DNA of 64,000 bases from assembly GCF_036321535.1 (NCBI RefSeq), contig NC_087436.1:6634001-6698000 (forward strand), in the 5' to 3' direction. Both the position numbers and the translations under genes were made by a program. The notes under the pieces were generated by a model. The model saw only the letters and a program-made list of their open reading frames with translations. It was not told the DNA's origin and did not search any database. Below, piece by piece: positions 50,615-63,180 of the stretch. Source of the stretch: Camelus dromedarius (Eukaryota). The stretch's first letter is position 1; every line of letters begins with the position of its first letter.

Positions 50615-52746
50615 ATGTGATTCAGGGCGACTTTGAGTGAGCATGTGTGTTCTTTTAGGGGAATGTGCGTGGCCAGCAGCTGATCTGCCCCACACCGTGA
50701 CAGGTCTCCCTGGGGGTGACATGGGGATAGCGTCCGGAGGGGCAGCCGAGGGCAGGGGTGGCAGCAGCTGAGGGAGAGGTGCTGAGCCTCCCGGTGGGGC
50801 ACTGTGCGTGGAGTCTGTCCACATGTTAGAGATGTTGGAACATCTTCTGAGAACGAGTCCTCGCGGGCAGTGTTCAAGGACAGGTGGCCCTGGGTGTGCG
50901 TCCAGAAGGACCTTGAGGACCTGACCTGGAGAGTCAGGTGGCAGGTACTTCAGGAGGGGCAGCTGGTGTGATGGAGGCGACACAGGAGGTGGGAAAGGAG
51001 CTTGTCGGGGGAAGGAAGGATGCCCTCTGTCAGTTTGACAACTAATTGTTTCATAGATTTAATTTTCTCGCTGTTGCCCTCATTTGTTCTAGCGTTTGTG
51101 GTTCCCAAGGGAGTCTGCTGTGGTCTGTTTCAGAAGCTTTGGTTGCCTGGAGCATCCAGAGAGCTGGTGGTGTGTGGGTGGGGAGGTGACTGACTTTCTG
51201 GGGAGAAGGGTGACTTGCCCGATGTCGCTGTGGCCGGAGTTACTTGTTCTGGCCGCACGTCGTGTGCATACAGGGTCTTCGCCCGTGAGCGCAGCAGCTC
51301 AGACAGGGCAGTGCGTGCTTTTGGATGGGGGTCGGAAAACGGAAACCCGTCTCAGCCATCCGGTGTCTCGGGGGGACTCTCGCAGGCTCACAGCGAACAT
51401 CTTGAACGACCTTCTAAGATTGGGGAGTGAGTGTCGTCATCAGCCGAGGAGACCGAGGCTCCAGGTCACGTGGCCGCTGGGCGATGGGCCTGAGCGGCCG
51501 GAGCCCTGGCCCTCCCCCTGGGTCCTGTCCCTGGGTGACAGCCCTCACCGCGTCACGAGGAACTGACTCAGAGGAACGAGTCTGCTGATTCAGGCCGCAC
51601 ATCCTTTCCCGCCTCTCAGTTCCAGCTTTCTCTTCTCATAACTTGAGTTCCACCGGCGCCCAGGCAGCTTCCCTAGTCTGTGTGGCCCTGGAGCACTCAG
51701 AGCAGCAGAGAGGCTTTCTCTCTTAATTTACTGGCAATGAACTTACACGAGAAGCTTGTAATTTTAGCTCTGCTAGGGAAGCGCCCCTGTTGCCGCCTGT
51801 CGGACAAACCGGAAGAACAGGAGGCGCCCCTTCTGTCAGTAGGTGACCCCTCACCTGCCCTGAGTAGCCCTCACTGACTTTGTTCTGCTGTGTCCGGTGA
51901 CTGTTCCATGAATGGGTCCTCGCAGACCAGGATGGGGGTTGGGGGGCCAGGAAGGAGGCTGCTGCACCAGTCCTGGCACGCTGGGGCTGGACGGGATGGT
52001 GGCAGTGAAGGTTGTGACATGGGCTGTCATCTCTCCGTGGAGGAGCGGTGGTAAGCAGGAGCCAGGAGTCCACGTGCTCCAGGTAAAACTTTGACCCCTT
52101 GCCCAGCATCCATGCCCCCAGTGGTGAGGGGAGAGAGGGCCTGAACGCTCTGGGAACTTCGGGAAAGACCCTCTCCCACCACCATGGCACGGCCAGCCCC
52201 GTCGCACCATCACCACACCCGCCTTGAGATTGTGGTCACACTGATTCTGCTTACCTCTGTGTCATCAGTGTCCTGAACAGGGCCGGCCACATTGGTATTT
52301 GAAGGGCTGAATGGATGGAGTCCTGCATCCTTAGATACATATTTTAAAGGCAGGTCTATACATTATTCTGCACAACCAGTGAGATATCTTAATAAATTGT
52401 AGAAGAACATCAAATGCTTTTTATTTTGTTGAATCTTAGTTGGTGGTTTATTTAATTACAGCATGAATTGATTAATAACTCCTAGTTCTTCCAAAACTAT
52501 CTCAATGGCTGTAAGAGTTACAATAATAAGAGTTATTACTGGATACCATTGCCAGTAGTTTGATCGAATCGTTTATTCCTCTCTGAGGTAAATAGTGGTA
52601 CACCCCCACCACCAATGTTATAAATGTTAAAAAATTATACATTCCTAAAAACATTTTTTTTAACGTAAGAGAGAAGGGGAGACAAAGTTCTTTTCACCAC
52701 AGAACTCTCCTCCAGGAAGATTCAGAGCTGGCTTTTGGGTGTGGCT

Positions 52747-52831
52747 CAGGTGTGGCATTTACCTGGGGGAACCAGAGCTGTGAGGTGGGGCACAGGTGTG
52801 GCATTTACCTGGGGGAACCAGAGCTGTGAGG
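52747..52831 (+). repeat. Direct tandem duplication, period 46 bp
   Basis: CAGGTGTGGCATTTACCTGGGGGAACCAGAGCTGTGAGG (39 bp) is identical at 52747 and 52793. Confidence 0.95.
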
Positions 52832-53368
52832 AGGTGGAGGACGAGGGAGAGGCTCAGCACAGAGGGTCCAAGTGCTCAGCCAAGGGGGCCCGAGTGCATC
52901 AGTGGTGGCTTGACTCCGCGAGCTGCCCTGTCTCCGTGCTGACAGCATCTTGGGACTGGACCCCGCCTGGACCACTCTGCATTGCACTCAGAGTGGCCCA
53001 GGCTGCATCCAGTTCACAGTGTCTACAGAAAGGCTGAATTACGTGATAGCTGTACCTGCACATGGAAGGGAGGTGCAGATAGCTGAGGGCCCTTGATTGG
53101 GTATTTTTTGAAACTGCTCCTGAGTTACATGGTGGCAGTTTTGATAGGGACATTGGAAAAACTGGAAACTGGCGGTTCTGCAGAGCTGCTTTGGGTCAAA
53201 TAGGTGGGGTGAGCAGCTGTGCTGAGGAGGGGTTTCTACAGCTGCTCCTCCAGGCCGCTTTGCCTGGACTGTCCCTGTGTGCGCAGGTCACACGCGCTGC
53301 AGAGGAAGGGAGCTCTGGGAACAGTTCAGCGGACGGCCCCGACCCAGGAGCTCAGCCTCCAGATTCTT

Positions 53369-53731
53369 TTTTTTAGTATTTCGTTTTGCTTATTTTTTAG
53401 TTTGTTTTCATTTTGGGAGGAGGTAATTAGGTTTATTTGTTTACTTATTTATTTTTATTTATTTTTTTCTTTTTTCGGTTTTATTGGTAGAATTGTTACA
53501 GTTTGACTGCACATACACATTATATTGCATGTAGATGCATATATACAATATACTGAACGTTTTTTTAGTTTACAATGTGTACTGATCACTGTTTCTAAGA
53601 ACAGATTAGAGTTTTAGCTTTTTAAACTTACGTATTTATTTACTTATTTATTTAATGGCGGTACTGGGGATTGAACCTAGGACCTCGTGCATGCTAAGCA
53701 TGCCATTTACCACTGAGCTACACCTTCCCCC
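53369..53731 (-). mobile_element. tRNA-derived SINE split by a nested insertion
   Basis: Head at about 53654-53731 and tail GGGAGGAGGTAATTAGG at about 53415-53431. Outer TSD CTCAGCCTCCAGATTCTT (53351-53368) / CTCAGACCCCAAATTCTT (53734-53751), 15 of 18 identical. Confidence 0.88.
53455..53632 (-). other. Unidentified polyadenylated retro-insert inside a SINE linker
   Basis: Minus strand ends ..CAATTCTACCAATAAAACCG followed by an A-rich tail; flanked by TATTT(G/A)TTTACTTATTTATTT at 53434-53454 and 53633-53653. Confidence 0.6.
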
Positions 53732-56700
53732 AACTCAGACCCCAAATTCTTAAGCAGACCTGGAGGGCTGGCACTTTTGCTAAGGTCCAAATGCTAGTGA
53801 GGGCCTGGCCTGGAGTCAGAGTTAAACTTTAAAAGGTGTGTACTATTTTGTCGCTGCTGCGTTTCTAACTTTGGGAAGTTTTCAAAGCCAAAGTTGTGTG
53901 TGGTGGTGGTTAATGTCAGAGAATGATGGGGATGCGCTGTAAAAATCATAGGGAGAAAGGATTGTAGGTTGAAATCTGATACTGTACCTTAGAGAAAAAT
54001 GCTGGAAGTTTTTATCTGAATTGCTGGTTACCTAGCTGATTCCAGAAGGGGTGAATCATTGCACCGAGACGCGAAGACAGGCAGTGCCCCTTGTTGTGGG
54101 CGGAGAGTTAACTCTGCAGAGCCTCCCAGCCTGGAATGAGTGCGCCTGGCCCAGCCGCCTCTTCTGTTAAAGTTTAGATGTGAGGTCGTCAGAGCCACGG
54201 TTCTCCTGTGGCCTCCTTTTCCCTTGGAGGCCGGGGACCTCCTGGAGCCTCATTTCCCTCTTTCTTGTCCCTGTGTCCTCAGCCCCCCGGTCCTGGGCTA
54301 GAGAGAGAGCCTTTGAGTAGCGCTCATTCCAGGACGGTGTTTGCGTGGCGCCTAAAGCCCCCTCACCGCTGCGTGTGCTGTACCACTGCTGGGGCCATCT
54401 CCAGAGTGAGGGAAGCCGGGGAGGCTGGTTTTCAGTGAGCTGTCTCACGGTCCCGCAGCCGCAGCTCTGTGCTTCTGCCGGCTCGACGCAGTCGCATCGA
54501 AGGAAGAACCGTGTGCACGGAACTGCACGCTCACAGGTCGCTTTTCCTTCCCACCGTCTGAGATTGTTGTGGCTCTGACAGTTTCCTTACAGGAAAGCCT
54601 GCAGAGCTGTTACAGAGTGAAGAAGTCGAGTGATCGTTACCAGTTTGGCAGCAGGAGCTTTTAAAAAATCAAGTCATTTTCTCCACTGTGTGTAAATAAT
54701 CCATACCTATCGCTGAAAAATGGAAAGTAGAGAATAATAAAGGAAACGCATTCCGAGGCTCGCTACTCAGCGATGTTCTGTTTCTTTCTAGTTCTCTTTT
54801 CTACGTTTGGTGTTTAGAAAGCACTCTTGTCCTCGAAGTGCATTCACCCCTTTGCATCCTGTTCTTTTTATTTAGCTTTGTAACATAAGGAGTTTTCTAT
54901 GTTTCCTGGATTTCCTGAAGACGTAACACTCCTGCGTTCGCTCTTCCCTTTCCCGGGTGCCTCTTCTGCGCTGGGTGCTGGCCGCTCTGTCTTCAGAGCA
55001 CGGGGAGACAGACAGGAGAGGAAGTGGTCTGCACCGTCAGGAGCCGCACAGCATCCTGATGGTCACTTTTATCTCAATCTGAAAGCTAAATTGTCTCCCA
55101 GGTGGTTCCTCATTTTAAGTCACAGCAGAAATATTGGTTGATTTTGTTGTACGTTTAATCTGACTTTGTACGGGTCAGAAAATCCCTCTGCGTAGGTGTC
55201 AGACCGTTGGCTGGAAGTCAGAACCCAAGGTGAGAGGGCGGTAAACTCTGAGCACCTCTCTACCAAGGAAATGGAGGCTGGGAGGTGTGCAGACTGAAGT
55301 TGGGGAGAAATAGTGACATTAGAGAAATGGACAGCATCGGTCCCTAAGATACAGGTCACGTCCTGACACATACACCACCAGGACAGCACTAGCTCCTTCT
55401 CCTCTTCTGTCCTTGGATGTCAGTTAAAGGCTGAGTCAGGGGTCTAGAGTTCCCTGTGCCGTCCAGCCTGGTTTGTGCTCAAGGGAATCCTTTCCTACTG
55501 CAGTGTGAGTCTTATTTCATCCCCATGTCCCTTGTAACCGCGTCATCATTTTTGTCTTTTTTCTGGTCATTTAAAAAATGTTTGCATTATCTGGATAGGG
55601 TATAAAACTTGCATTTTTATAACAACGTTTGAAGCCTTTGGAAAATGTGAAATATGGGACTGATTGAACGGCTCTGTGGCTAACTTCTAGGTAAGTGTGT
55701 GCACAGAATGCATACTTAGAAAGAGTTTACGTCCCAGATGAATATCTTTTAGAGACTGAAGTTTTGAAAGCGAAATTCATTTACTTTATACATAAAAAGT
55801 GGGATGTGCTTGTTCCCCCAGTGATTCCCCTACATATTTTATAAAATCTGGCTTTGGGGGCATTTTTCAAGGCCTCACCTTCTGGGCACTGCACTGTGCG
55901 GTCACTGCGGCGGTGACTGAACACAGGGGAAGCCCGGGAGCTGGAGGCGTCGACCCAGGGGTGGGGTAGGGGGGGCAGTACCTGCATTCACGCTCTTCTG
56001 GCCCTCTTGCAAAGAAGGGAAAGTGATTGAAGGAAGCAGCCAGGGTCTCAGCAGGGCCGTGCACTCAGGCCTTAAGCTCAGCGTGTGTTTGCTCCCCTTC
56101 CTGGAGACGTGCGCTCATTTTCCCTGGTCCTGTCTTGTCTCGGCATCAGCTCAGCTTGTGCCGCAGAGAAGTTGGCGGTCATCACAGTGCATTACAGGCT
56201 TTCCCTCTCAGAGCAGGGTGATTTGAGACCTTCTGCGGGTTGGTTACAGAGGAACTTTAGGGTCACACGTGTAGTGAAGTCTGGGCAACTGAGGCCCCTG
56301 CTACACCATTTGATTTCCTCACACTTGCGGAGTGAGGTGCCTGTGGCTGCCCTAGTGTAAAGATGAAAATCTCCCAAAACTTGTCAATGAAAAAAATGAA
56401 TCAGTAGTCTAAGAAAGAAATGGAAATTTTTCTTCAAGCCACCCTGAGGATTATAACCAGGAGACCATCTTTCAGGAAGCTTTGAGGACTGTTCCGCCCA
56501 TTAGAGGTCAAAGCACAGTTATATATGTTTTTGAGCCAGAGGGTTAACATCACATGATGTACTGGCAGTTTACAGAATCCAGATCTGCACGTACAAAGTG
56601 AGTAGAGGGTCGTCTGGACCCTTACAAGACTCAGAAGGATGGTGGTCTCCGAAGGAGGCCAGGTGCGCGCAGCCGCACAGCGCACGCTAAAGGTGGTGAG

Positions 56701-57997
56701 GCGGGGGGCCCAGATGGGCAGAGAAACATTTTATGTTTAGATTTTTCTTGTCTTGCCAAGAATTATGAATTTTATTTCGTTAAACTAAAGACCCAGTCAA
56801 GGGTCCATCTGATGTTAGGGATCTGTTAATGTTTTCTTCAGCCAGATTCCAGGACGACAGATGGAGGAGGAGTCAGGCCAGCCTCTTAGAGTTTTCTGTA
56901 TCCAGACGTGACCTGTGTGTCGGGGACCTATGCTTTTTAAGCTCTTCTGAAAGAAAAATTCTTTTTTCCATGAATTTACAGTGGCGTGGAAAAATCATAC
57001 TGACATGTATGATGTATCAATATACATCATAGAACATATATAAAATATAAACGTATAAAATATATGGAGTATGTACAAATACAAAATATGTATCATAAAA
57101 AGCATCCTGGCGTGTGTGACATATCAGTGCCTCCCTCGTATAGCGCTGAGATACGACACTATAGTGTTATTCTCAATTTTGTGGTTGAAGTGTGCTCGTG
57201 TCAGAAGTCACCCGCTTGAACTGCTTTTGTTCTTGGTGGCTCGGGGCTCGCTCAGCTTGGATATGGTTAGGAATTAAGAATTCTTCACAAGAGTTCTGAG
57301 GACGTATGGCTTCTCGTTTACTACTCTGTTTCTTGCGGATGCACATTACATGATGTATCCCTGCCCGCCCTGCAGGTGTCCCCAGTGTGGGAAGCCCTGC
57401 CCAGCTCTGTCGTGGGAACCCTGCCTCCCTCTCCCCTGCTGGGGGTGGAATCTTGCAAGGTTACAGAGTAAGTCCTGTCAGCTGACACTGGCTCACATGA
57501 GAGCCCTTCGGAGGGTGGTGGCCAATGTCACAGCAACCTTGCAGCTGAAGACGAGTCACGCCTTGTGCCCGGAGCCTTGCGGGCCACATGAACAGGTCTT
57601 GTGATCCATCAGTCGAGCACTGCTCGGTCCCCAGCCGTGCCTCGGATGGAGCGCGTCAGTCCCAGTGGCTCCGCCTTTGGCTGACCGGTGGAGCACAAAC
57701 CCAGGAGCAGAAGTAGGACTCGGACTTGTCCGTGAAGAATGGGTTTGCTGAGCCACGTTTCATAACATGATGGGTGCATCGGACTTCCTGAAACATGGGC
57801 GGGCTTCATTTACGTAACAAATGAATGTTCCTTTTTTTTTTTTTTTTAACTTTTGAAAGAGGAAATCAGTAGGCTGCCACCGAGAAGCCTGTCTCACCTA
57901 AGGCATCTGTGCAGGGAGCGCGGGGTCCTTCCCTGCGGGAACTCCTCCAAGCACGGGGTCTCCCACGCTTGGTCCAAGGCCAGCTGAGGGTCAGGAG

Positions 57998-58173
57998 ATG
58001 TGCGGGGGCCCCTCGAAGGGCGCGGAGCAGCCCGGGAGCCGGAGGGACCCAGCTGGCTGCGTGAGCGATGCCGTTTCTGGTGCTTGGAGGACCCAGAAGA
58101 CGCTTTTATGTGAAAAGCTTCGCAAACAAGCCAGGATAGGAAGGGGCCCCGACCCCACGGAACTCAACCACAG
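57998..58173 (+). CDS. FNIP2: FNIP2 alternative first coding exon (alternative N-terminus, 58 codons + 2 nt)
   Basis: ATG at 57998 (GAGATGT). Translates MCGGPSKGAEQPGSRRDPAGCVSDAVSGAWRTQKTLLCEKLRKQARIGRGPDPTELNH + AG, then donor CAG|GTTTGA at 58174. Same phase-2 AG ending as exon 1, so compatible with the same exon 2. Resembles the MCGG...QP...DAV.G...LLC.K...D.TEL N-terminus recalled for a longer human FNIP2 isoform. Confidence 0.8.
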
Positions 58174-59025
58174 GTTTGAAACTTCAGTTCTGTTTCAGGA
58201 TCTCAGAGAAACTCTGATGTAGTTTGCCACGTGGTAAGGAGAGAAAAGTGTGCTGATCTGAGACTCGTGTTTCCAGACTGCCCCTAGGCAGAGACTACCC
58301 CTAGGCAGGCGGCTCAGGTGGGGTGGGGGACGGGCAGACAAGTCCTCTCCTTCCTCGGGGAGCTGGGGGCACGAGCATTTTTCTGTGGCTGTTTGGATTC
58401 AGCCACCACGTGCTTCCCTCTTCACTTCCCACGGCCCCGCGGGAGCCACCATGAGCAGCGTTGCGTCCTGTCCCGAGGAGGCTTGAACACAGTGGTCATC
58501 AGGGAAGGGGGTGCGGCCCCGAGGGCAGTGCCGTGACAGATGTGGCGCATGGCGGGCATGCTGGCTTCTCAGCCTGACAGGTGGGTGGAGGGCCGGGCGT
58601 CCTGGCTGGCGGTGGGGAGGGGAGGGAGCGCCCGGTCTTGTCTTCTGGAGACTCCTTTCCTGGGCAGGATGCTGTCAGGACGAACTGGCCAGTAACGCAG
58701 CTCATCAAAGGAATACCATCATCCTCGCTGTCTTCTCTTAGGCTGATTATTTCATCCACTTGGGAAGAATTCATTAATTTTATTATCAGTAGCTCTCAAC
58801 TGAAGTGTTATTTGTAAAGAGCGTTAGTGCATATCAGTGAGACAGGAAAACCCTTTGAGAATTGCACTTTATTTCAGAACGTTACGTGGATAGACAGCAA
58901 GGAGAGCCGAAGGGTGAGCTCCCGTCTCGTGGCTGGTGTGAAAGTCAGTTTCTCCATTGGCTTAAATGTTGTTACCTTTTTCCTTGTAGAAGTCTTATCA
59001 AAGTTAACATGACTCATAAACTGTT

Positions 59026-59204
59026 TTTTTTTTCCTTTTCTTTTTATAAATTGAAGTATAGTTGATTTACGACATTGTGTTAATTTCTGGCATACAGCAT
59101 AGTGGTTCAGTTATACACATATATTCCTTTTTGTGTTCTTTTCCATTGTAGGGTATCACAAGGCAGTGAAGTTGCCTGTGCTGTATGGTAGGACCTTGCA
59201 GTTT
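59026..59204 (-). mobile_element. Short L1 3' end
   Basis: AATTGAAGTATAGTTGATTTAC..TTTCTGG..TACAGCATAGTG; TSD ATGACTC(AT/CC)AAACTGTT at 59009-59025 and 59205-59221. Confidence 0.9.
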
Positions 59205-62200
59205 ATGACTCCCAAACTGTTCATCCCATCAATAAATTTCTTGGTTAACAGATAATCAGGACATGATTTCTGTCATGTAAAAATCATTGGATTTCTTCAG
59301 TGGAAACTTGATAAAATGGTACACAGTTCCCTGTGGTGTAAGTGCCCATAGATCGGATAGAGAGCTGGGGGGAAGTGTGGCGATCACACACGTGCTGTGT
59401 TACAGAGATGGGTTTGTGGAGGAAACGGTGGTGAATGACGGTACAACAGTACATGTGAGCGCTCAGATATGAGGTCCACTTTTATACTGTCTGTTTCTTA
59501 CCAAGAAAGGGGGCTGAGTGACAGGAGAGGGGGAAGGCTTGGCACTCAGCCTTCTTGGGTCTTGATCCGGATCTGGTCCTGACCCCCAACTCTGCTGCCC
59601 AAAACCTTATAACCGGGGTGGGGGCATCTCCTGCCTTTTGGGGTCTCACCCTCAACTGTTAAGCTGTGTGGTTGGTTCAGATTGCTTTTAAATAAAGTTC
59701 TTCCCTCTCTGACTCTTCCATGTAGCATCGGGGCCTTCTGCATTTCCTATTTTTGTCACTCACACAACTCTAGATTCCCCAGGGAAGTGTTCGGGGGGGC
59801 TGGGGACCCCCAGGAGAAGATAATGTGCGGCCACAGCAATTTTCACAAAACTTCTAAGGTTTTTGGTGTAATCCTCTGCTTCTCACTTTTCAGTGAATTT
59901 GCCAGGATTCTCATCGTTTCCATTTTAACAACACTTTAAACTCAACGAAACATTTTCACATCCATTTTCTCCTTTCCTTATTTTAACTCCCTTTAGATTT
60001 ACTTTTCAGATCTTGAGGTTTCTTTTTCAATTCTGTCCGATGCTGACGTGTGTCATTTCCTTGGAATTCATCTCTATTCAGGCCACTGTCTGGGTCGCTC
60101 TTCCACTTTCTCTTCCCCGTCCTACGATCTTGAAGAGGCATTAGTTACAGGCAGGGCTGTGCTTTGGTTTCCTGAGCTTCTTCAGAACTCAGGTGGGTCT
60201 CGGGGGTGAGTGAGTCACTGACGGGAGCTTGCGCTGCCAGGACCTGCCTCCGCGGTGCTCCCCAGCGATGTGTGTGTCCCGGGCGGGGGCAGTCGGGCAG
60301 GTGCCTTCCAGCGCCTGCTTTGCTCTCGGGGATGTCAGTGCGGTAGTTTTAGGTGGCTGTCTCAGCTGAGCACACTGGTAAGTAGTTTTTTCTTTTTCTT
60401 TTTCTTTTGTTTTTTTCTCCTGCTCGATTTTTCAGTTGTTTGAAGGTTGAAGAGGAAGATTCCACAGATACAGTGGAATCGTTACAGGTCCCTAGCAGTA
60501 GCGCAGGGTAGAAGGGACAGGATGCAGGACAGAGAGTCACATTCCTCTCCCCACCAAGGCTCACGCGGAGTGAAGCGTTTCAAGGTAGAAGTTTGTCCTT
60601 TGTATCTTCGCGTCTGCTCTCCTTAACCTCTAGAGTGACAGACATGGGGCTTCAGTTTATTTTACAACACTCCAGAATCAGTAGAAACTGGTAGTGTTTG
60701 ATGAGGTGTCTGAAATGGTTTGTCAATTAAAAATTCCTTGCTGAAACTCAATTCGGATCTAGTAACTGAACTGTGACGCTGGGCATGTGGTGAAGTCTTC
60801 AAATGGAACTGCTTCCCAGTCTTTTTTCTTAAAATATCAACCACAGCAATGCTGCAAATAACTTGATTTTTTCAAACTTTCCCAGCCAGTGAGATCCATC
60901 CCTAGGGCTGCTGGTTTGAGGAATCTGGGAGGGTTTGCCAAGCGTGTCTGTGAGTCACTGTTTCTCTATTGACGAGAGGACGTTTGACATAACCTCACCT
61001 TAAAAAGTGTCGTGCCTCCACTCGCCGAAGAGGAACCGAAACAGCACTTCAGGGTTGATTGTGCATGAAGTTTCGTATATGTTGAAATTTGGGTCCTGAG
61101 GGGATGCGTTACTGCTTTAGACTCACTGGGGGATGGAGGGAGCCGGAGAAGTAATGGATGGAGAACTCTGATTTATCCACACTTTGGATAAACTAATTTT
61201 ATTAAAAAAGAAAGAGCCCTGGCTTCTTTGCACAAGTTGCTTAACAAGAAAACAAGTACAGAAACCAGGGTGTGTTTTCCACTAGTGACCTGCTTCACGG
61301 AGATGAGCCGACAGTGGTTTTACCACCTGGCTCTGCTGAGAGGGGTTAGGATTACCGAAGATTCGGGTGCAAGACTGTTAAAGGGAAGTCTGCTGCAGGC
61401 TGCAGGGGCGGGGACGGTGTCCCCAGGGTGTTCCGCGCTGCCACTTGGGAAACGTGGCTGCTGGCTGGGGCGAGGGTCATGTACAGGGAACCCCAGCCCT
61501 GGGCGGCTGGTGGTCTTGTGCTGGTGACGAGCTCCACGGGGAGGCTGTGGGCTGCGGGGTGTGACTCCCCCAGGTGCACCGGGCATCGCTGTCACCACAC
61601 GCTGCCCCTCCTGCGTTCCTTCCCGTTTCACTGACCCGACGCACCACGAGGAATGTTCTGTGAGTCGTTAGGAGAGTTTGTTCCCACTGGCTGTTGGTCG
61701 GATTCCGGGATGTAATGTGAGAATGAGTGACTGGAGGACCGGACGCAGGGGTAACTCGGTATTGCGGCAAAGTCCAGTGGGCTTCAGGGCGAAGGAACAC
61801 GGGTCTGTTCCACGAGGCCACGTCTCTCGGGAGTGAGTCAGAGCAGGCTCAGCTCCCGGGCCGGGCAGCGGGCTGGGCCAGCTCCATCGAAGCTGACAAC
61901 CTGTGTGAACTCCTGTCTGGGTATTATTTTGACAAGTGTTGATGACCGGCAGGGTAGAGCTCTTGTTATCAGTCACCATAACCAATTGGGTCCAGAATGA
62001 CAGCGTTCCAGACAGCAGGCAAGGGTACTCCACTGCCCGAGAAGAAAACAAAAAAAAACAAAACAAAACCTTGGTAGAGCTAAGCTAGTTTTTTTTCTAC
62101 TTAGTAATTCTTTAAAAAATTCAGCCCTAACCCCAGGTGAGAATGTGGACTGCAGTACCAGATTTAGGGGACCCTCCTCTGATCTGGGGTCGGCTCTGCC

Positions 62201-62997
62201 TTGATCCCCTGATTGAGGGTTTGTCTCAACCTCACTGCATCTTCTATTTTCCCTTCTAGAAAAAAAATTAAAGTGGTGGGCTGGGTGAGTCATCCCCAAA
62301 AATGTAGTTTCCTCACTTCAGATCCATTGGACCAAATTCCTGGAAGTGGAGCCCCGTGAAGGTTTGCTCATTAAAAACAAACAGATGCAAAGAGCTTCTA
62401 GGGTCTTTCTAGTGATGAGTCAAGTCTGGGAACCACCCGCCGGAGGGCGGGCGGTGTCTGAGCCCCATCCAGCTCCAGCATTCTGATGTCCGCCAGTACT
62501 GACGAGACTCAGAGGGGCTGGAGAAATGTGAAGACCTCGGTAACCAACAGGGTCCAAACTATGTCAGTGGTCATTTTTTCCCACCTCGGGGAACACACCA
62601 CGTGGATGTTTGAGGAAAGGTGTTCTCGAGAGAGGGAACAGCAAGTTCAGAGATCTTAAGGCAAAAGCATGCGTGATGTGCATGCTAAAAAGTGATGCCC
62701 ATGATGCAGGGAGGGAGTGGTCCTTTGTGGGAGGGGAAATGGGCTGGGTGTGCTGGTGGTCAGGACCAGCAGCTGCTCACTGGGACCTGACAGGACTGAG
62801 AGGAGGGGGTCTGCAAAACTTCGGAGCCAGGACAGAGACGTTTGGTGGCTGCAGCCAACACTCAAGTCACGTGTCCTTGGTTTCGTCGCCACAGGGACTT
62901 CTCTAGCAGTTTATAGTAGTAGACCAAAATGATCTTCCCAGAATATCGCCATGACAGACTTTAAAACAGTGCTCATTACTCAAAGTTCCTGTATTTT

Positions 62998-63140
62998 GTT
63001 TTGTTTTTGTTTGGCGGCGGGGGGGGGGGGTAATTAGGTTTATGTATTATTATTATTTATTTAATGGAGGGACTGGGGATCAAACCCAGGACCTCGTGCA
63101 TGCTAAGCACGTGCTCTACCACTGAGCTATACCTTCCCCT
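62998..63140 (-). mobile_element. tRNA-derived SINE (Vic-1-like)
   Basis: Full head and tail; perfect 18-bp TSD TCAAAGTTCCTGTATTTT at 62980-62997 and 63141-63158. Confidence 0.96.
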
Positions 63141-63180
63141 TCAAAGTTCCTGTATTTTAAAAGTTCCCTTGGCCATTGAA

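Noticed and set aside
5569..63140. tRNA-like sequences with A and B boxes
   Set aside because: They have A-rich tails, TSDs and divergent stems, so they are tRNA-derived SINE heads rather than tRNA genes.
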